Assembly: GCA_951406725.2 (NCBI GenBank)
Contig: OX597815.1
Location: forward strand, 65,410,001-65,474,000
Length of the DNA stretch: 64,000 nucleotides
Origin: Octopus vulgaris
Lineage: Eukaryota
Direction of reading: 5' to 3'
In this document: positions 26,345 through 41,204 of the stretch, in pieces
How positions within the stretch are numbered: the stretch's first letter is position 1
How the letters are laid out: the number at the start of each line of letters is the position of its first letter
Position numbers and translations under genes: made by a program
The notes under the pieces: generated by a model
Told to the model about the DNA's origin: nothing
The model's input: only the letters and a program-made list of their open reading frames with translations
Database searches by the model: none

Positions 26345-27500
26345 CTCGAATGGTTCTTTTTATGTGCCACTGGCATGGGTGTCAGTCAGGCATCACTAAC
26401 ATCAGTCACATTCAAATAGTGCTTTGTATGTGCCAGTTAGGTGGCATTGGCATCAGCCATGACTACAATTCCACTTGGTTCAGCAGGTCTTCACAAGCAC
26501 AGCATATTGCTCAACAATTGAAGAGTGCTTTTAAATGGGCCAGTTATGTGACACTGGCATCCACCACAACTATGATCTCACTTGGTTTGCTGGGTTTTCT
26601 CAAGCACAGCATATCTCCAAAGTTCTTGGTCTCTTGTCATTGCCTCTTTGAGGCCCAACTTTCGAAGGTTGTGCTTCACCACCTTATTCCATGTCTTCCT
26701 GGGTCTACCTCTTCCACAGGTTCCCTCCACTGTTAGAGTGTGACACTTCTTCATACAACTTTCCTCATCCATATACAACACATAACCATACCAGCACAGT
26801 CATCTCTCTTGCACACTACATCTGATGCTTCTTATGTCCATATGTCCAACTTTTCTCTCAGGGTCCTTACACTCTGTCATGTATGCACACTGACATTATG
26901 CATCCAGCAGAACATACTAGCTTCATTTCTTTCAAGCCTATGCATGTCCTCAGCAGTGTGGCATGGCTGTTTGCACACATGCATCATACATATTTCTTTA
27001 TTACCTACAAGGGGCTAAACATAGAGGGGACAAACAAGGACACATGCATCATACAGTCTACCTTTCACTCTGAGTGAGAGGCCCTTTCTTACCAGCAGAG
27101 GTAGGAGCTCTCTGAACTTTGCCTAGGATATTCTTATTCTAGCAGCTATGCTCTCAGAACATCCACCCTTGCTACTGACTTGGTCACCTAAGTAACAGAA
27201 GCTATCAGCAACTTCTAGTTTTTTCCCCGGCATGTGATGGAATCTGTTTTCCTTACATCTTTGATGTTTATTGCACCTGTGCATCTGCCACACACAAAAA
27301 CTATCTTCCCAATTAACCTATTGCTGCACCTCTTAAAAATCTTCTGGAGTTTCTACCTACTCCTTTTCTACAGATCAAGCAGGGGCATCTACTTCAAGGG
27401 ATTTGTGATTTGTCCACCTTCCTACTCACTAAAACTTTTGTTTTTGCTAGGTTAACTCTAAGGCCCTTCGATTCTAGACCTTGCTTCCACGGCTGTAACT
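26345..27500 (-). mobile_element. Decayed RTE LINE (same family as 4605-5665)
   Basis: WKQGLESKGLRVNLAKTKVLVS and KKCHTLTVEGTCGRGRPRKTW on the minus strand. Confidence 0.85.
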
Positions 27501-28114
27501 TCTCTAGTTCTGTTTGTGACTTAAGGCAACATTTACTCGTGTGAATAAAGAAACAGCACACATCTAAAATAATAGTGTGACTAGTGAGGTGATGAGGACA
27601 CTTTGCCCCAGGTAGCACTTTTGGGTCTGTTTTATGGGGTTGGTGCTGCAAACTCAAAGGCTGCCTCAAGAGGTGCACACACACACATTAGCTATGTCAC
27701 TGCATTTAAAACACATCTCAAGTTTGCCATAAATGCAAGGCTTCATTGTCTTTAATAACCTTTTACAATAACTATACGTCTTAAATTCCAGTTTTGTGAG
27801 AAGAAATATGTTTAAATTAATTTAAGATTCCTAAACTAAAACTAATTTTTTACAAGAATTTTTTTCTTACAATATCATCATATAACTTTGATTTTAATTT
27901 GTTTTCAAAACTATGAATAAAGTGGTTCATTGTATGATGAGGTTATTGAACATTTTACATCTCAAAGAAGAAGAACAGAACTTACATATAATTTAAGTAA
28001 AGTAAAATTATATGGTTTCTTATTTTTCAGTGTGTGCACATAAAAAAATTATGGCTTATTTTAGAATACTTATGATTTGTAGGGTGTTATTAATTCAGTT
28101 TACTTTAGTGTGTG

Positions 28115-28440
28115 AAGGCGCATGGCTTAATGAGTGGTTAGAGTGTTGAACTTACAATAATGAGGTTGTAAGTTCGATTCCCGAACCGGGCTGCACTTTA
28201 TTTTCACATTGCTCCAGTTCACTCAGCTGTAGAAATGAATTGCGACATCACTGGTGCCAAGTTGTATTGGCCTTTGCCTTTCCCTTGGATAACATCAGCA
28301 GTGTGGAGAGGGGAGGCTGGCATGCACGGATAACTGCTGGTCTTCCATAAAAGCAACCCTAGGTTGTGTGTTCGCTGGTGAGGTGACTTTCTGCCCGGAC
28401 TTGTATCCCAGAGGGAAAGCTCTTATTCATGACCAACAGA
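28115..28440 (+). mobile_element. tRNA-headed SINE (third family)
   Basis: ggcgcatggct...gttcgattcc head, then ttgctccagttcactcagctgtagaaatg; relative at about 7645-7800. Confidence 0.65.
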
Positions 28441-28659
28441 GTTGAATTTTAGTTTTTTACTTTAGTGTCATATATGTATCCCAATTGAATTAAGTTTATA
28501 TTATTTACATTTTGGATCCCGCATTTTGAATAGGAATACAGTTTGGATGCCTAATTTAAGTAATTTTAATGTTAGTCGTAGTATGGTCAGTGTGGCAGCA
28601 CATCCAATGACAACCACTATATGCCACTGATGCATTACTTCTCTTCCTCAGAGTAAATA

Positions 28660-29300
28660 ATAATAATTCTACTGTAGGCACAAAGCCAGCAAATTTAGGG
28701 GTGGGGACGATGATTACATCAACCCTCAGTACTAGACTGGTGCATTTTCTTTTTATTGACCCCCAAACTGATAAAAGACAAAATTGACCTTGGTCGGATT
28801 TGAACTCAGAATATAAAGAGCTGGAAGAAATGCTACTTAGGAGTTTGTCCAATATGGTAACAATTCTGCCAGCTTGTCACCTTATGATAATAACTGTATC
28901 AAATCTTGCCACAAAGCCAGCAATTCTGAAGAGAGGGGAAGTCGATTACATTGACCTCCCCCCACCCAAACCCACTACTTGACTGGTATCCTCAACCTAA
29001 GTTGACCTTGGTAGCTTTTTAACTCAGAACAAAAGCTTTTTGTCCGACGCACTAACAATTCTGCCAGCTCATTGCCTTGAACAACAACCCTTTCTGTCAA
29101 AGGCACAAGGCCTGAAATGTTTTAGGGGAAGAGACTAGTCGATTGTGATGACTCCAATGCTCAACTGGCCCTTATTTTATCCACCCTGAAAGTATGAAAG
29201 GTAAAGTCGACCTTGGGGGAATTTGAATTCAGAACCTAAAAAGGAACGAAATTCCATCAAGTAATTTGTCCAGTAGGCGATTTGCCAGCTTACCACTTGT
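28660..29300 (-). mobile_element. Cluster of about three head-to-tail Meta/MESC-like SINE copies
   Basis: gaccttgg...aactcagaa...aacaattctgccagct recurs near 28785-28875, 29000-29070 and 29205-29295. Confidence 0.7.
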
Positions 29301-29619
29301 ATATAATAATAATTTTCTCACCTTGATACTAGACTAACATATGTTGGAAAGATTTGTAGTCATTTGAGTTGGCATTAGTATATTACTGGTATAGTATTAC
29401 CTTCACAAAGAAAGGTTAAGTCGAGAGTGACTAATCTTGCTCTCTACCATTTTATTGTTATGTACGAAGTTGTCAAACTGAATAATAGTTTTTTTTTAAA
29501 TTCTTGTTGGAAACCTCACATCAATTTTAAGACAGTCATAACAACTGATGTAATACCATCACTGTTAAAAAATATTCCTAGAAGCATAACAACAGCGGAC
29601 CTAAATAACATCACACCTG

Positions 29620-31700
29620 ATTTTTGACAACAATGGATCTCGCGACGAACCAACTGCAGGGGAGCATTCTATGTGGTCTTTCAACTTGCTAGAAATAGCA
29701 GCCAAATTGCCCTTAAATTGCAACTACTGTTTTAAGAAGGGAAGGACACATCGGATAATCACCTGGATACTCCGAATATAGGAGGGGGTGACCACGACCG
29801 GAGCTCCTTCCATCTTAGGTGTGTTTCGTGAAAGCTACGCTGGGGTTAAATAACAACATACTGTACGTAAGAGAACAGATGTTACTATAAAGTACAATAT
29901 CAGCAGCAGCGACTATATAACAGCTGATATAACAACCACAGGCACGTAACAGCCAATCAATCACTAGCCGTATCGACCAACAATCAATATAATCATCAAT
30001 AAATTGTCAAACGATGATCAACCGATACAACATTAGCCAACAAACAACCACATTATCTAGAAGATAACAGTAACAGCAGCTGATGCAGTATCATCGTTGT
30101 CGTCGTCATCATCATCATCATCATCATCATAAGAGACAAATATAATAATGGTTTGTGATTTAGGTAGTTTTGAGGAGAGGTGTTAAGTCGTTTACATCGA
30201 CCCTCAGTATTTGGTTGGTACTTTATTTTATCGACCCTCGAAAGGATAAACGGTACAGTTGATCTCGATGGGATTTGAACTCAGAACGTAATGAATCGGA
30301 AGAAATGCTGCTAAGCATTTTGTTCAATGCAGTAATGATTCTACCATCTTATTGCTTTCCTTGATAATAATAATAATTAATTCTCGTTTATCGGCCACTA
30401 ATGAAGGTTTAACCCATTAGAGTTGTAATGGCAATAGAGCAAACATCTCTAACACTACAACTACCACTTCTACTACCCCGATGACTACTACTACTACAAA
30501 CTGAGAAACGGCAGAAAGTCATTTATTAGGAATAAACGAAATTTAACAGTAGTCGCCTCCACCAAATCTTACGTGTTCACCACCGCCGCCATCACTACCA
30601 CCATCACCATTTATGTTTATCTCGTCAGTCGCCGCCAGAACAGCGAACGAAGGACATTACTTCATCTGGTGTCGTTTTATTATTGGTTCCAATTGTGGTG
30701 GTGTGAGCATCACCTGAGGAACGTGTATGAGTGTGTGTGTGTAATTGACAGAATTCTTCTTGACTGTACGTGCGCGTACTTTCAGTGTGTGTGTGTGTGT
30801 GGTTGACATGAGAATTCTTGACTCTGTGCATATGTGTGTGATTGGTGAGAATTCTTGATTGTGTGTGTATGATTGACACGAGGATTCCTGATTCTGTATG
30901 TTTAATGACACCAACTAATTATCTCTCAAGTTCAAAAAAAAAATCACCTCACCCCTCAAACCACCGTTGCTGTTCCCTAAATTCCGACCGCCTTCACACT
31001 TCTCCCTCCCATCGCTGGTTCTTACCAATTTTTCTACAACCAGTGAATACCACCACCGTTGCCACTAACCACTTCCAATACATATTACAACCTGTATCAC
31101 GGTCAATGCCGCTGCTGTTACTACTCTGTAAACACGACCACCATCTCCAGAACCAGCGATGCTACCTCACCGACCCCCTACTCGACATTCTTCACATCAT
31201 TCTTCTTTTACCTTTTCAACCTTGTTTATCTGTTAGGGTTTCAACTCCTTCCCCTTCCTTTCATTTTTTTAAATTTCGACCTTATGTGCATGTTGCTACT
31301 TATAAAATCTTAAATGTACTGGGAGTGTGTGTGTAGTAAGCGGATGCATATGTATTTTATATAATTCCTTAAATGTATTTACATGTGTGTGTGTTTATAA
31401 GAGGGTGTTCCCCTTGTATAAATGATTGTGTGTATAGACGTGTGCCTGCGTCGCTTTTGTACCTGACTAAGTAATTATGTAGTTGTCGATGTATACATTA
31501 TATCGTTAGAAAGAGAGAAGAGACGAAATGGTAAACAGTTTAGGAAAACGAGAAAAATAAAAATCTGAGAATGTTTTTGTCATTGACGGAGAGAAGAGAA
31601 AGAGAAAACGGGAGAGTTTGTGAATGAATTAGAATTAGAAAGAAAGAGTGCAGGAGTGGGGTAAAAAAAAAATATAGGATGAGCTCGTTGAACTGATCAA
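29620..31700. promoter_or_regulatory. CpG-retaining region, candidate promoter/5' region
   Basis: Many unmutated CGs (tctcgcgacg, gccgcc, cgaacg) compared with the CA/TG-rich flanks. Confidence 0.4.
30735..30910. repeat. Minisatellite, about five degenerate 30-50-bp units
   Basis: Repeats of gtgtg-attgaca-gagaattcttga(c/t)t-tgt. Confidence 0.75.
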
Positions 31701-33289
31701 AACATTTCATCAGCTGGTTTATATTCCACAGGATGCTAATGTTTTGGTACTACAAACAGATGAGCTGATAACAGATTTTGAGATAGAGATACCTCAATAT
31801 TTTCTCCTGTCCACTCTGTCGTTCATAACAGTGTTTTTACCTAGTTAAGGGTAATACCTACTGGATTACTTCATTCTTTCTATCTCTGAATTTTGCTCTC
31901 TCTCTCTCTCTCTCTCTCATAATACTATAATATTCTCACATAATAGATGTCAGAAAATTTGTCAGGTGTGTAGGTCATGAAACTACCTACTTTTTATAAA
32001 ACGTGAATCCTTATTTTACTGCAAGCATCTCATATTTCTGAGAAGACCATTTCAATCTACATTCCTTCAGTTGATGAGGTTGTTGGAAATTATTCAAATA
32101 GCTTAGCTGTCACGTGCCAGCGAATATGATGTGGTGGATAGCATCATTGTTTTAGGTGTTTGTGTAGCTATAGGTAGACGTAGACATCATCTTAGTCCTC
32201 TCACCCTACCCAGCAGTACATCCAAGTAACAGGGTTGCGGAAGCACTCATTCACTGCTCTTCAGATGAGTAGACTGGTGCAACATGAAAAGAAGTACCTT
32301 GTTCAAGGGTATATTGTGTTGCCTAGACCAGGAATCCATGTTTTAAGATCGTCTACCCAATACCTTCACTACTAGGCCACATGCTTCACACATAGTTGTT
32401 CAATACATAGCTGTCTTATTAACCAAAAGAGCAATTTATCTCACATTTGCTTTACAATGTGAAACAGGAGCTAACTTTGAGCCCTTAAAGGCTCTTTAGG
32501 ATTAAGAAAGAGAAAGGGAGACAATTAGATCTCACATAAGTTTTAATCATGTTCCTGTTTTTTAATTAAAAAAACTGCCTAAATAAAGTAACTGTCATTG
32601 ATGCATCATACTAAATGTATATACACCATTGAAAGGCATGATGCTGTGGTTTTGTCAGAGATTTGTGTTAAAAACACGTTGTATATCAGAGCGAGATGGA
32701 GATCGTCCCGGCAATGACTCATAAGAACGACAGATATGTTTTGCCCTACTTGAGATTTATCATTGCTATGCACTTTATTGCTACTTGCTAAGATGGAATT
32801 TGTGCTTTAATATAAAGGAAATAATACATTCACTGATTTTGCAGTAAGTTTGACATGCTGTACAAAATTTAGTATACACAATTGAAATGGCATTAAATTA
32901 AAATCACCATCTATGTATCATAGTAAATATATATACACTGTTGAAAGGCATGATGCTGTAGTCTTTTGTCTAAGAGAAAATCTTTTCATAGACTTATTGT
33001 GTTGAAAGACACTTTTATTAGAATGAGTTGAACATTGATTGTTGCAGTAGTGATTCATGAATGTAAGTGATGGAGTGATCATGATGATGGATTCCTGTCA
33101 TTTGACAAAGAAAATTCAATTCTTTGAGGAACTGAATTATGTACTCCTGAATTAATATTTTAGTGGCTGAGCATTCTATAAACACATGTAGCCTTAATGT
33201 AATTCTGAGACAGAATCCACAAGGTTGTATCTTTTGGAATTATAATCCATCTTTATCTCTCATCTTATCACATTTTCTTCTCCCATTTA

Positions 33290-33715
33290 TTTTTAGGGAG
33301 GTTGTGGGACAGAGTCCTTAAGCGCACCTTCCATCTGGTCCACTCAGAAGCAACTGCCTCCAATTGATCTGGCAAGAACCCCAACTGAGACTAACTGCAC
33401 TCATGGCTGTTATCCAGCCATCTTGTTTGCAGTCTATCCCTGTGTTTCCTGCCATTTGGTTTTTCCCATAAAACCTGTCTAGCAATTCCTAGGACATTCT
33501 TACCACATGTCCATTGTATCAGAACTGATCTCTCAGCTCAGAGAAGTAATGGCTCTACTTGGAGCACCTCTCTGATCTCTGAACTATGCACTTTATCAAG
33601 TAACATTATTCTGAAGAACTTTTGGAGGAACCCATTTCTGCTGCTTGTATTTGTGATCTTATTCTTTCAGTCATTACTCAAGATTCATGACCATAGGTAA
33701 CAATAGGTACAAACA
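33290..33715 (-). mobile_element. Decayed RTE LINE fragment
   Basis: Minus strand TYGHES*VMTERIRSQIQAAEMG...DKVHSSEIREVLQVEPLL. Confidence 0.75.
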
Positions 33716-33763
33716 CCAAATTGAAGGTAGTATGTTTAACTTTTTACATCCTATAAGTTTCCT

Positions 33764-34148
33764 AGGCATAGGAGTGGCTGTGTGGTAAGTAGCTTGCTTA
33801 CGAACCACATGGTTCCAGGTTCAGTCCCACTGCGTGGCACCTTGGGCAAGTGTCTTGGGCTGACCAAGGCCTTGTGAGTGGATTTGGTAGACGGAAGCTG
33901 AAAGCAGCCTGTCATATATATGTATATATGTATATATATGTATGTGTGTATCTGTGTTTGTCCCCCCAACATCGCTTGACAACCGATGGTGGTGTGTTTA
34001 CGTCCCCATAACTTAGCGCTTCGGCAAAAGAGACCGATAGAATAAGTACTAGGCTTACAAAGAATAAGTCCTGGGGTCTATTTGCTTGATTAAAAGTGGT
34101 GCTCCAGCATGGCCACAGTCACATGACTGAAACAAGTAAAAGAGTAAA
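33764..34148 (+). mobile_element. Near full-length tRNA-derived SINE
   Basis: ggcataggagtggctgtgtggtaagtagcttgc...ggttcagtccc...ccttgggcaag...gactgaaacaagtaaaagagtaaa; further copies at about 16533, 36715, 46880, 47450, 57490, 59680 and 62750. Confidence 0.85.
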
Positions 34149-37072
34149 TGTTTATGGTTTCATTTGCACTGTCAAGTTTTGTTGAAATTTTCTATAGTGA
34201 TAGTTTGTAACTTTTTCCTGTTATTAATTCAATGAAAAGTGGATGTGATTTACTTTGTTGTCTTGCAAAATACAACTGTCTAGAAAATGGGAACAAAATC
34301 TGATGGAGCAAATGAAATAATAATGATCCAACTTTTCTATATTTTCCAAGCAGTGTCATTCATTTCTAATATTCTGTCATGGAAATGGGTGAGGGTTGGC
34401 AACTGGAAGGGCATCTAGTCATACAAAATCTGCTTCAAGGAATTTCATCTGACCCATGCAAGCATGAAAAAGTGAATATTAAAATGATGACAATGATGAT
34501 TTCATGTTCACTGGCTTCTGTGCAACAGAATTTAATGCAAAATTTACCAGAGTGGAACTGAACCTAATACCATATTGATGCAAGGGGACATTCTTGGCCA
34601 CACTGCTATGCCTATACCTCATATACAAACAAATATAAAAAGTAAAATGAATGAATCTGCTATTGTTTTTTTAAGATGTGTTCCAGTTTGATCAAATGAG
34701 CTACCTACTCATTGGTTTATATAAATGGTTGAATATTCCTGTGATCCTTACACAAAATCAGTATTACACAGTAGGCTTCCACATAGTTTCCATCTACTCA
34801 GTTTCACTCAAGGCTTGTGGGGCATCTGAGGTTAGGTAAAAAGAGACATGCCCAGGAAGTCATTGGATCCTGAGACCTCATTATTGCAGAGCAAACTTCT
34901 TAACCATTAGGACATTCCTGTGCTCACATGCAATCTTGTATGTGTGCGCACACACGCATAGACACTCACAAATATAAAAACACATATAGAAACACAAACA
35001 CATACTACTACACATATGCACACATCACCCACTTGCACCATTTTAATTCTATACACTCCATCATACATACAAAACAATTCACATACGTAGACACTATTTT
35101 CACCGGCATACACATACACACACATCTGTCAAAGCACACCCACAGAGCAAAATTATTGCTGTACACTTATTTATTCCAGAACAATATACATACTCAAGCA
35201 TATACATGTATAGTCAAACATATACATAGTAAAATTATTGATGTACATGTCTATACATAGAGAGGATGTACATTCAAATACACACACACACATACACAGC
35301 AAAATTAATGATATATACATTTATGCACAGGAGGATATACATATAGATATAGATATTATTTTTTTTTTCAAGCACACACACAACACTATATATAACCACC
35401 ATTTCATTTCACAAAAGTAGCAGGCAGCCATTTATCCAGCAGGATATATTAGAAGCCAGCAGTTTGTGTTGCCCCTCCACAGCACAGTTGAACTTCTCAT
35501 CGACCAGTTCTGTGATTGTTACATTTCCAACTTGGACATAAGGAAACTCCGCAGAATTAGCAGTGGGTCCGCACATTGCCAACACCAGTAGGATGCCTTC
35601 CTTTGTTAGGTCACCTCTCCCCGTACCTCTTTCTTTTCTCACTCCTCTTCTCTTTCTTTCTTTCTCTTACTCTCTTTCTCTTTCTCTCTTTCTCTATGTG
35701 AAGCTCTCTACTCTCTTTGTGTCTGTCATGCTCTATCTCTGTCTCAAGGGGTAGAATTTGGGTCGCATGGAAATTATATACATATGTATGCATGTTTGTG
35801 TTTATGTGTGTATGTATGTATATGTGTGTGTGTGTAATCTATAAGAGAACTGATAAACATTATATAGTCACCACACATCAAATCGATCTATTTTAGTCAG
35901 ACATATTGTTATGTAGTGTAAGCAGTGAGGCTGACAGAGAGACATAGGAAGGTAGGAGGGTGAGTGATGATAGATAAAAATAGTTAGAGAATTGGAATGA
36001 AAGTGCTGCTGATGGGGGAGAGTAAAACATAGCAAGATTCAAATAAAGAGAGGGTAGAATAGTCAAACATTTGAAAAGAGACAAACATGCTGTCTCATTC
36101 AGAAAGTGAGATAGTCGTAGTGAAAAGGTAGAAAGCTTAAGGAAACTCAGTTTAGAAGGTGAGAAGAGGGAATGCATTTTTTGAGAATGACAAAATTGAG
36201 CTGAGAGAGATACATGGTTCTCAGTCTCTAATTTAGTTTCAGATTTTATGATTGCACCAGTTCGCTCTGTTCCATTTCAGATATTGTTTTGTCAATATTA
36301 GTTCTACTTATAGACATTCTGGAATTGGACAGTTCTCACAGAAGTTTTTGCACTCTATCAGACCTGATAACTCACTTGCTATTCATAGATTTCATCCTTA
36401 CATACCAAAACACTATAAAACCTCATAATCATGTTACTACCAGTTTCCATGCGATGTTAGATGTGTCATCACAGTTTGAGTCAGTATCTACTCACAAGTC
36501 ATTGGACAATGAGTCACATATTTCAGTTCCGGCATGGCTTCTATGAATGGATACCCTTCCTATCAACAACCATTTTACATAGTGTACAAGGTGAATTTTT
36601 TAATATCGAATCATCTAGCCCAAACCAGCATGGAAACCAGATGTTGAATGGTGAGGTTTGATAATGACAACAGGCTTACCATGTGTATGTGAGTTAGTAA
36701 GTGTGGGGGAGTGGGGTGCAAGGGTGGCTGTATGGTAAGAAGCTTGCTTCCCAACCACGGGATTCCAGATTCAGTCCCACTGCATGCCACCACAAGCAAG
36801 TGTCTTCTACTATAGCTTTGGGCCAACCAAAGACTTGTGAATGGATTTGGTAGATGGAAACTGAAAGGAGCTCATCATGTGTGTGTGTCTGTTTTCCCCA
36901 CTCCACTGCTTGACAACCAGTGTTGGTGTGTTTATGTCCCATAACTTAGTGGTTCATTAAAAGAGACCAGTAGAATAAGTACTAGGCTTTAAAAAAAAAA
37001 GTCCTGTTGTTGATTTGTTTGACTAAAACCCTTCGAGTAGTCAAATTTCTGAAACAAGAGGTAAAAGAAAGA

Positions 37073-37132
<60 letters not shown>

Positions 37133-38189
37133 ATATGTATGTATGTATGTATGTATATATACACACACACACACGAGCACTCACACACAAACACACTCAA
37201 ACATACAGAGCAAATGTCTATATGCATATATCCATGTATCAAGCTGTATACCACTATTTTGTACCAAAGTATCTGAAATTTGCACTATATGTGCATGTCA
37301 TAGGGCTTGTGACTTCTGATACTTTCTATAACATTTCATCAATACTGGGTATACGTGTGTCTGGGGAATAGTCAGTCACATACTTGTTAAACAGAGAACC
37401 ATCTATTAAACATATGTGTGTGTGTCTGTACATAAAGTGTGTCTGTCCCCCATCACCTTCACACTCAGTGGTGGTGTGTTTATGTCCCTGTAACTTAATG
37501 GTTTGGCAAAACAGACCAATATAATAAGCACCAGGTTAAAAAAGGAGATAAGTACTGGGGCTGATTCATTCGACTAAAAAGTTTTCAAAGGTGGTGCCCC
37601 AACATGGCCATAGTCTAATGACTGAAACAAGTAAAAGATAAAAGATATATATATGTGTGTGTGTGTGTTTGTAAAATTTTATAGAAATATTCATTCAAAC
37701 ACACGACTTTTAGATAGCACAAAATTGAAAAACATGAAGACAAGGCAGAAATCAAACAAGGTGGATGTTAAAGAAAACTGGAAGAAATCTTTGACTTTTT
37801 GAGCATATGTTCTCCCATGGAAAGAAACTATTGAGAGTAAAGAACAAACGTGTCTCAAATGGTCATTGTATACCAAAATGACCACACTGAGATACAGCAC
37901 ACACACACACACACACACACACGCATGTGTGTGCCCCTCCCCGTCACTTACACATATGAGAAAGAAAGAGAGAGCACTATTACTTAAGTTAAGGCTGTAT
38001 GCACACAGGCACATACTCTATCAGAATATGTGACAAATGGATTTGTGTAGATTGTTAGAAAGTTGAATAGGTAGCAGATTTGAGAGGGTGTCTTTATCAC
38101 AAAGGTAGATAGTGTGTGTATGAGAGAGAAAGAGAAAGAGAGAGACTGTGGGTGTGGCTGTCTTAATGTATTTAACAGTATTTTTCTCT

Positions 38190-38552
38190 TATTCTTTTAT
38201 TTGTTTCAGTCATTTGACTGCAGCCATGCTGGGGCACCGTCTTTAGTCTTAGTAAGCCTAGTACTTATTCTATAAGTCACTTTTGCTGAACTGCTAAGTT
38301 ACAGGGCCGTAACACACCAGCATCGGTTGTCAAGCAATGGTGGGAAGACAAATACAGACACACAAACATACACACATATATATATACACAATGGGCTTCT
38401 TTCAGTCTCTGTCTACCAAATCCACCCACAAGGCTTTGGTCGGCCCTAGGCTATAGTAGATGACACTTGCCTAAGATGCCATGCAGTGGAACTGAACCCG
38501 GAACCATGTGATTGGTAAGCAAGTTACTTACCACACAGCCACTCTTGTGCCT
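38190..38552 (-). mobile_element. Full-length tRNA-derived SINE
   Basis: Reverse complement of the 33764 family. Confidence 0.85.
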
Positions 38553-39117
38553 ATATTTTGATCTGCAAGGTGTGCATAAGAGAAGACAGTAAGTCATCCT
38601 TAGCATGTCACTGCAACTGTTTGAAGTTTGAGGAACATCACTGGAGAAAGTTCCCTTATTTTACCTAAAACCTTTATTTCTAATATTTTTGTTTTATTAA
38701 CTTGATTATAGAGAGGGAGAGAGAGAGAGATTGATTAAAGGTCAAGGCTGTTTATGTTGGTAAACTAAGTGGTCTTCTCCAATCATTCAATATAGCTTGT
38801 AGCTTGTCCCCTCAGCCATGAACATACCTCTATTTTTTGTTTTATATATATTTAAAATGATTTGAATAAAGTTAAGTGATGTAAGATAAAATATATACAC
38901 ACACACACACACACACACACTATGATGATGATATATATATATATAATATATATATATCATCATCATTGTCATTTAACGTCATGGGTTGGACTGTTTGACC
39001 GGCAAGCTGGAGAGCTGCATACATAAATATATATTGTGGGTGTGTGTAGATATATATATATATATATTTGAACACATACACAAAAGTTCTGACATGACAT
39101 TGCTTTTGTGGGTTTGA

Positions 39118-39158
<41 letters not shown>

Positions 39159-40713
39159 CGTACCACAGAGGGCTTTTCTTCCGACTTGCTTGACTGCTTG
39201 CTTTTACACGTGACTATCTGTACTCGTGTATCTTAACAGTTTAGCCTAGCGCCAAACATAGTTAGAAAAAGACGTCTGAAAGCATGGATAAATAGTGAGA
39301 AAGATTAGAGCACTGGACTGAAGAAGAGAGTCATAGTGAGTGGCACGCGTGCACGTGCACACACACACATGGAGGTGCACGTATATGTATATAATGTATG
39401 TATGTTTAAAGGTGCAGATGTGGCTGCGTGGTTAACAAGTTTGCTTCCCAACCACATAGTTCCAGGTTCAGTCCCAATGCTCTCTACCCACTGTCACAGC
39501 CAACATTACCATGTCATTGTCATGGTTTATCACTTCCCTCCCCCACCCAAAACTCCTCTCTATCCCACTGTTTTACCTTATTAATCTCTTTCTACTTCCT
39601 CTCCTCCTCTTCTTTCCCCTCCTCCCCTCCTATGAAAACTTACTAATATTGTTTTTTTACTCCACTTTTTATCAACCCCCACCCATCTTTTATATCTACT
39701 TACATGGTCACTCAACCTGCTAGAAATAGCAGCTACATCTTCCTCAAACCACACTTCATCTCTTTAGAAAAAAACCCATTAGAGGATGTAGTTTGGGGTT
39801 CCTCTGCAGATAGGAAGACAAAGGGTTGGTGATTGCTGGAATGCCTTTGATCATAGGTCTGCTGACCCAGGCTGGTTTATGACTAGCCAATAACAATAGT
39901 AACAGGAACAACAACACTTATAATAACAACAACAGCAACAACAATCTTTATACTTGATATTATCCAGAAAGAAATGAATATCACAACATTACACTCTTCC
40001 CCTTAATCTGAAACCTTGTCCCTCAAAATAACTGCTTCTCCCCAGCCACTACACCAATCATTTCTCTTGTCTGTCAATGCAAGAAATAGTTCCGCACATT
40101 TGGGTGGTATTAATATCAGGAAGTGCTTGGGTAGGGTCAAGGCAGGGGAGTCAGCATCTTATTACATATTGATCGTTTCCATTGGTAGATCTGTAAGAAA
40201 TGGTGAATGGCAAAGTTGCAAGAATTACCCAAAGTCAATGATCGTTACTCGTTTTATTGATGAGACCTGCAATGATGAAATGGCATGTCGATTTGAGTGG
40301 AATTTTTATTTATGCTCTTTGTAACATTTTAATCATTTATTTAATGATTTTGTTGCAATATTTGTCGTGAAATACACTACTTTTGTGTCAATTAATTTTG
40401 AAAATACTGAAGAATTCAGTAAAATAATTTGGCATTTTTAACTTGAGACATAAACAGGAAATTTTGATGGAATGTATTAATTTAGATCACTTTAACTGTT
40501 TTCTTACCATGTTTCTGTTGAAATACAGTTTTTCTTTCAACTAATTTTGGAAATGAAGAATTTAGTAAAATAAATTTGTCATTATTAAACAAGAATTTGG
40601 AACATGGATTAATATGAAATTTTGAGGATTTTAAAATAGATTACTTTGAAACAGTTTAACTTGTTAGCACCAAGGGCAGTCTCAAATGAGAAGAATATCA
40701 ATCGTATGTAATA

Positions 40714-41185
40714 TCATAATAATTCCGTTTGTTCCTCTGTTACTTAGCCCGTCCGTAACACTTTCATGTGATTAGTTGAAGGGGGGAAGGAAAGGAGAGG
40801 TGGTGGTGAGTTAAATAATTCTTTTTAACTAAGGTTTTTTTCTCTATTGCTTATCCCATTTGTAATGCTTTCAAGTGATTAGTTGAAGGGAAAGGCAAAG
40901 AGCAAAAGAAAAAGAAGAGAAAAAGAGGGTAAAGCAAAAAGGGAAATAGCTGTGTATTAAGTCTATGCATTTGTGCATAAAGTATAGAAAGTGTATATAT
41001 AAAGTGCATTAAGTAATCATTGTATTCCAATTTCCTTCACTTTTCAATGATGATTAGCAGATGAGCAACTATCTTCCCATACTGACACAACACAGGCTAT
41101 GCTTTCAGGTTTTTTGGATAAAGTTTTCAGAAATAACCCAATAAGTTTACCATTAATTCCGTGAAATATTCATAGGTCCAGCTAG
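40714..41185 (+). mobile_element. Non-autonomous Helitron (same family as 14732-15179)
   Basis: a/TCataataattcc...ccgtgaaatattcataggtccagCTAG/t; the first ~70 bp align with the reverse complement of 15110-15179. Confidence 0.8.
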
Positions 41186-41204
41186 TATTATATTACACAA
41201 TCTT

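Noticed and set aside
35409-35642. Protein-like unique sequence (also about 3140-3260, 23670-23830 and 38560-38670)
   Set aside because: No recognisable domain and no consistent splice-bounded open frame that I could support.
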